Positions 60,050 through 64,000 of a DNA stretch of 64,000 nucleotides are shown in pieces (within the stretch, counting starts at the first letter, position 1; every line of letters begins with the position of its first letter). Made by a program: the position numbers and the translations under genes. The stretch spans positions 7,712,234 to 7,776,233 of the forward strand of contig OZ316894.1 of assembly GCA_973895155.1 (NCBI GenBank), written 5' to 3'. Source of the stretch: Marsupella aquatica (lineage: Eukaryota; Plantae; Marchantiophyta). A model generated the notes under the pieces. It saw nothing but the letters and a program-made list of their open reading frames with translations. It had not been told where the DNA came from and made no database searches.

Positions 60050-60981
60050 ATGACATCTTTTACTAGATAACAAATTTTGGGTAATTATATCTTTTATTAG
60101 TTAGACATATTTTGGGCAATGATATTTTTTATTTAATGACATCTTTTGAGCAAGAAATTTATTGGCATTTTTTGCACATCTTTTCCTTAACAATATCTCA
60201 TGCAATGACAAGTTTTACTTCACAACATCTATGACTGATGACATTTTTTTACTTGACGACATCTTTGGAGTCACAACATTTTTTTACTTGACTACATCTT
60301 TTACTTCATGACATATGTTTTACTTCACAACAACTTTGGCAACACAATTTCTTTTTACTTGATGATATCTTTGACATAACAACATCTTTGGCTCCCGACA
60401 TCTTTTTACTTGGCAATAATATCTTTCACATAATGACATCTTTTTACTTGACAATATGTTTTTACTCCATGACATCTTTGGAGACACGACTCCTTTTTTT
60501 CTGAACAACATCTTTTTACTCCACGGGTTTTTTTAACGCCATCTTTTTACTTTGCATCATCTTTGGCGACACAAAATCTTTTTACTTCACGACATCTTTG
60601 GCAACTCGGTTTTTTTTAACGACATCTTTTGTGCAACGCACGGGTTTTCTTCACAACATCTTGGGCAACACTACATTTTTTCTTAAGAACACCTTGGGCG
60701 ACACAATATTTTTTTTCTCAATGATGTCTTGGGCAACACGATATTTTTTTTCAACGACATATTGGCCGACACAATATCTTTTTCCTCAAGGACATCTTGG
60801 CCGACACGACATCCTTTTCTCAACAACTTCCAGGCAGACACGACATCTTTTTTCTCAGCGACATCTTGGCCAACACAACATCTTTTTTCTCAATGATCTC
60901 TTGGCCGACACAACATCTTTTTTCTCAACCAAATCTTGGCCGACACGACATCTTTTGTGCAACGCACGTGCATTGAGCTAG
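60050..60981 (+). mobile_element. 3' part of a non-autonomous Helitron-like element with a degenerate ~20-bp subterminal array
   Basis: Dozens of ACGACATCTTTTT / ACATCTTGGCCGAC units end in GTGCAACGCAC (hairpin) GTGCATTGAG-CTAG followed by T, the typical plant Helitron 3' terminus. The 5' TC end was not located. Confidence 0.7.
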
Positions 60982-63900
60982 TAGTCTATAATTATATCTT
61001 AGAAATCTTATGGACTTAACTATATTCATATATTTTAAGTATTTTTATATATATATACACACATCTGAGAAAAACATTAGTTAATTCATTTTACATAGTA
61101 TTATGTGTTTTTATGCATGTATATTGGATTTATCTATTATATTTAATTTAAAAGTTAAAAAAAATTATTTCATTTATTAATTTAAATGTTTTTCATATGA
61201 AATCAAAATATTAAATGAAATAATTTTTTTATGATTTTCATATATATAACATAAATATTTCATATTTTTTCTGATATTAAATTTAAATAAATATATATAT
61301 TAATTATATATCATATTAATTAAAATATTTCTTTAATATATATAATTTAAAATTTTTATTTTAATTTATTTTATTTGAAAGATAAAAATATATTAAAAAT
61401 TCAATATTAATAATTTAAAAATACTAATAAATTTTGGTAATCTAATTTATTTAGATTTCAATTGAGACATATTCATTTAGTTTAGAAAATAATAAAGATT
61501 CATAGGTTTTAGATTGGACAGATGCCCATAGGATCACAAGTTTTAGATTGAACCTGAGAATATCACTAGTTTAGAGGACGATCACAGGTTGACAAGTTTC
61601 GAGATGACCTAATCCACTTCTACCATGGGTAGTGCATCCCCAATTCAAGTGAACTACAACACTTGACAATACACCCATTTTGTGCATGGGAGAGATTACT
61701 TGTTCAAATCTAGAGATAACCAATCCAAAATTTACTACAGTTTCACTGATGAAGATTAGCTATGCAATCGGTGTGTGCTCCACTGAAATTTACTATAGTT
61801 TCACTGGATGAATTTCATGCATTCGTAGTTTGGTTGAGCAATTTTGTGGATTGCCATCATCATCTCTTGTTCATAGCTACAATCAAAACCTGACACCATA
61901 CATAGCGGGAATGGTGGCCGTGGAGCGAACTGAAATATTTCCATGGTGAAAGATGAATCCATCCATGAGAATAGAGCCCGTTGAATTGGACGGGTGCATC
62001 TCGTCCATCCCTAACCAAGTGAAATTGATCAACCTTAGTGGAGATGCAGACTGCAATTCCCAGCAGGAGCGAGAGTGTCGCTCGCCGAGCCTCTTCACGA
62101 CTGACTGCAGAGCCAGAATTGGTCCGCTTTGGCCTACGTTGACCCTCAGGCCAATCATTACCGCATCATTGCGATCATGATGGTTTTAGAAAAGGCAAAA
62201 AGAGGGAGATGCACCCCATATATTGGTAAAAAGCTTGAGACGGGAGTCCAATAGGCTTTGTTCCGGCCGACGATGATCTCAGACCATAAGACTGAACTTC
62301 TCGATCCCCTAGTGGAGCTGAAATGAAGGCGGGGCCCCACGAGCCAGAGAATGGTGATGCCAGGCCCCGTGCCAGGCGGGGCTGTTCCGTGGTAATTGAG
62401 CTCCCGCGTCGGCACGCATTCTAGCTCTCAAGTGCTGCCAGTGGTCTGTTGCCCGCAGATGATCTGCGAAGGCGATGAGACTCTGAGCATCGGTTGCTCG
62501 AGTCTACAGGAATGAAAGGTTCGCTTAAGAGATCACGTGTAAAGTCCATACTGTGCTGAGCTTGGAAAATCCGGCGGAGTAGTTAGGGATCGCGATGTTG
62601 TTGGGTCACTGAGACTAATCGGAGTAATGTTGTAGCAAGCCAACCTAATTAGCACTTGATACCGATGATAGACGGAAGCTGTGGTACAGAACCTAAGCCG
62701 ATTTGAGCAGGGGAGGACATGATTGCAAAAATGATACTTCGGTTGGAGGTGCGCCACTGAAATATACAGGACAGTACAACAACTCGCGGCAAAATCTAAC
62801 TATATTGGGCGATGGCATAGATCCAGTGCAAGCAAGAATATTGCAGCTGGAGTCGAGAATTTTGAGTGGCTGCACCAAAGTATACCATAGTTTTGAGATG
62901 ATCTGAAGGTCCCACTAATCGAGCTCGAGCTCAACTGGTAGGTTGAACACTACACATGATAACAGAAAATCTTATTTTCAATCAGTTTGTCTGTCCATCG
63001 CATCACCTCATCAACGATTGATTTCGAAACAATTAAAGACGATTGCTGGATTGAGAACACTTCCACGTACTGGCAAAGTACGGTCAGGCATTCTTTACAT
63101 TCAGATGTGCAGAATTATTGAACTGAAGAGCACATTCTAGACGAAATGCCTTTCGATTTACGTGATTCCAGACGAATTTCTTCAATGATTTTTCAAGAAT
63201 AAACGAGCTCTTCTGATTGTGTAGAGCGTGATCTATTGACTTGGAGATAAGGCTCTGCAGCCCCCTATCTTGATTCAATAGAAAAGTAGATTCTAGTCGA
63301 AAGATCTCAAAAGCAACCGTGTGCAGCTACGACGTCATCAAGGCTCGATTCTCCACAGAGGAAACATCCATTGATCAGGATGATTCAGGACGTGCGGCGG
63401 AGACTGATTTACTCACTAAAGTATCTCAGTGATCGAAACAATTCCGAGGGGAACAACGCGCATACACAAAGCGTTGCACACTTGCATCGGGCCATCCCCG
63501 ACTCAAATCCTGGATGGCCCACCCTCAACCCGGGTAAACTGGGTCAATGTTGCGATCTTCTAGACGGTCTCAAAAGGCCATACGTAACCTTGCGAAGGGC
63601 CAGGACACGTTGTGAGCGAATCCAGCCAGCCAACCTGTTAGCTAAAAATACACCAGGGATTGTCGGATTCGCTTCCAGGGATTCCCTGGATCCGTTTGCA
63701 CTTTGCAGGGATTGAAACTCGTTTTTGTGATGGACAACGAAGCTGGTCCTTCGCAGCAAAATGACAGCGGGCATGCAAGCTAGTTGCCAAGGATCAACCT
63801 AGAGGGATCGCTGGCCAACCAAATTTTTCTAGTGACTCACTTCACGGTTAGCAGAATCAACGGAACGGATGTCCATTTGACCTTTTCCAAGACAGCCATG

Positions 63901-64000
63901 ATACTTTTTCTACATCGAGGCAAAACATATCTGACCTCCAATTCGAAATCTAAAATCATGTCCACTGGCGCGAAAATTTAGATCCACCAGGATTTAGTTG

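Noticed and set aside
60050-60981. 127-aa ORF (60598-60981) and CRISPR-like periodicity in the array
   Set aside because: Low-complexity degenerate tandem repeat without unique spacers, better explained as a Helitron subterminal array.
57696-61499. 3.8-kb Mutator or foldback element bounded by 96-bp TIRs
   Set aside because: No TSD outside the repeats and no transposase recognised. The left copy is fused to another exact local copy, which favours templated insertion. Not fully excluded.
1-64000. tRNA, rRNA, snRNA or conserved miRNA genes
   Set aside because: None recognised by eye. An Infernal/Rfam or tRNAscan search would be needed to exclude them.

Overview
Eukaryotic, intron-containing DNA from a land plant, most likely a lineage with flagellated sperm (bryophyte, lycophyte or fern-grade), because it carries a CCDC146/MBO2 axonemal gene. 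Six protein-coding genes are supported: the 5' part of an IRE/IREH1-type AGC kinase (minus strand, runs off the left edge), an intronless P-class PPR gene with an internal 339-bp duplication, a 15-exon SDA1, an intronless peroxisomal enoyl-CoA delta isomerase ending in SKL, an intronless CCDC146/MBO2, and a 6-exon conserved plant protein of unknown function. In that last gene, exon 4 lies between a GC-AG intron and a U12-type AT-AC intron and is 1 nt short of the conserved frame. Intergenic DNA holds a full-length but decayed Ty1/copia element (both LTRs, PBS, PPT, 5-bp TSD), two related isolated LTRs, MITEs with CTYGGG ends and 8-bp TSDs, a CACTA remnant, a Helitron 3' end, many local tandem duplications, and a junction made of two perfect ~100-bp copies of nearby sequence. 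No tRNA, rRNA or CRISPR array was recognised. I cannot establish a new biological system from sequence alone. The best leads are the non-canonical intron pair with the frameshift, the templated-insertion-like junction and the MITE family. All family assignments come from recalled motifs, not database searches.
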